64,000 bases of DNA from Octopus bimaculoides (lineage: Eukaryota): the NCBI RefSeq assembly GCF_001194135.2, contig NC_069005.1:9266808-9330807 (forward strand), written 5' to 3'. Under the pieces are notes generated by a model. That model worked only from the letters and a program-made list of their open reading frames with translations. It had not been told where the DNA came from and ran no database searches. The position numbers and the translations under genes were made by a program. Below are positions 63,946-64,000 of the stretch, piece by piece (positions within the stretch are counted from its first letter, which is position 1; each line of letters begins with the position of its first letter).

Positions 63946-64000
<55 letters not shown>
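62900..64000. repeat. (TA)n-rich low-complexity tail of the window
   Basis: Directly visible. Confidence 0.85.

Noticed and set aside
62-64000. Hundreds of supplied ORFs ([21 protein letters not shown]-runs)
   Set aside because: They are translations of microsatellites and N-gaps, which lack stop codons

Overview
Eukaryotic, AT-rich, very repeat-dense draft-assembly DNA with about 21 N-gaps (roughly 5.5 kb by hand count). The SINE families, the DD37D mariner transposase and the density of (TA)n/(CA)n/(GA)n tracts fit an octopod cephalopod such as Octopus; this is recognition from memory, not a database result. No protein-coding gene can be named, and almost all supplied ORFs are microsatellite or N-run artefacts. 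Supported content: dozens of tRNA-derived SINE copies from at least 4 families; a full-length dead DD37D mariner (55504-56785); Tc1, hAT and LINE relics; several MITEs with verifiable TIRs/TSDs; a 64-bp minisatellite; a C2H2 zinc-finger relic embedded in LINE tails; and a few exon-like unique segments. Best leads: (i) a CpG-retention to CpG-decay switch near 29.5 kb, suggesting a fossil gene-body methylation domain over about 29.5-60 kb; (ii) three strong fold-back elements, one with Pol III-like boxes on both strands; (iii) the ZNF/LINE chimera; (iv) a CRE/AP-1 motif cluster. Nothing here demonstrates a wholly new biological system. SINE and microsatellite boundaries are approximate.
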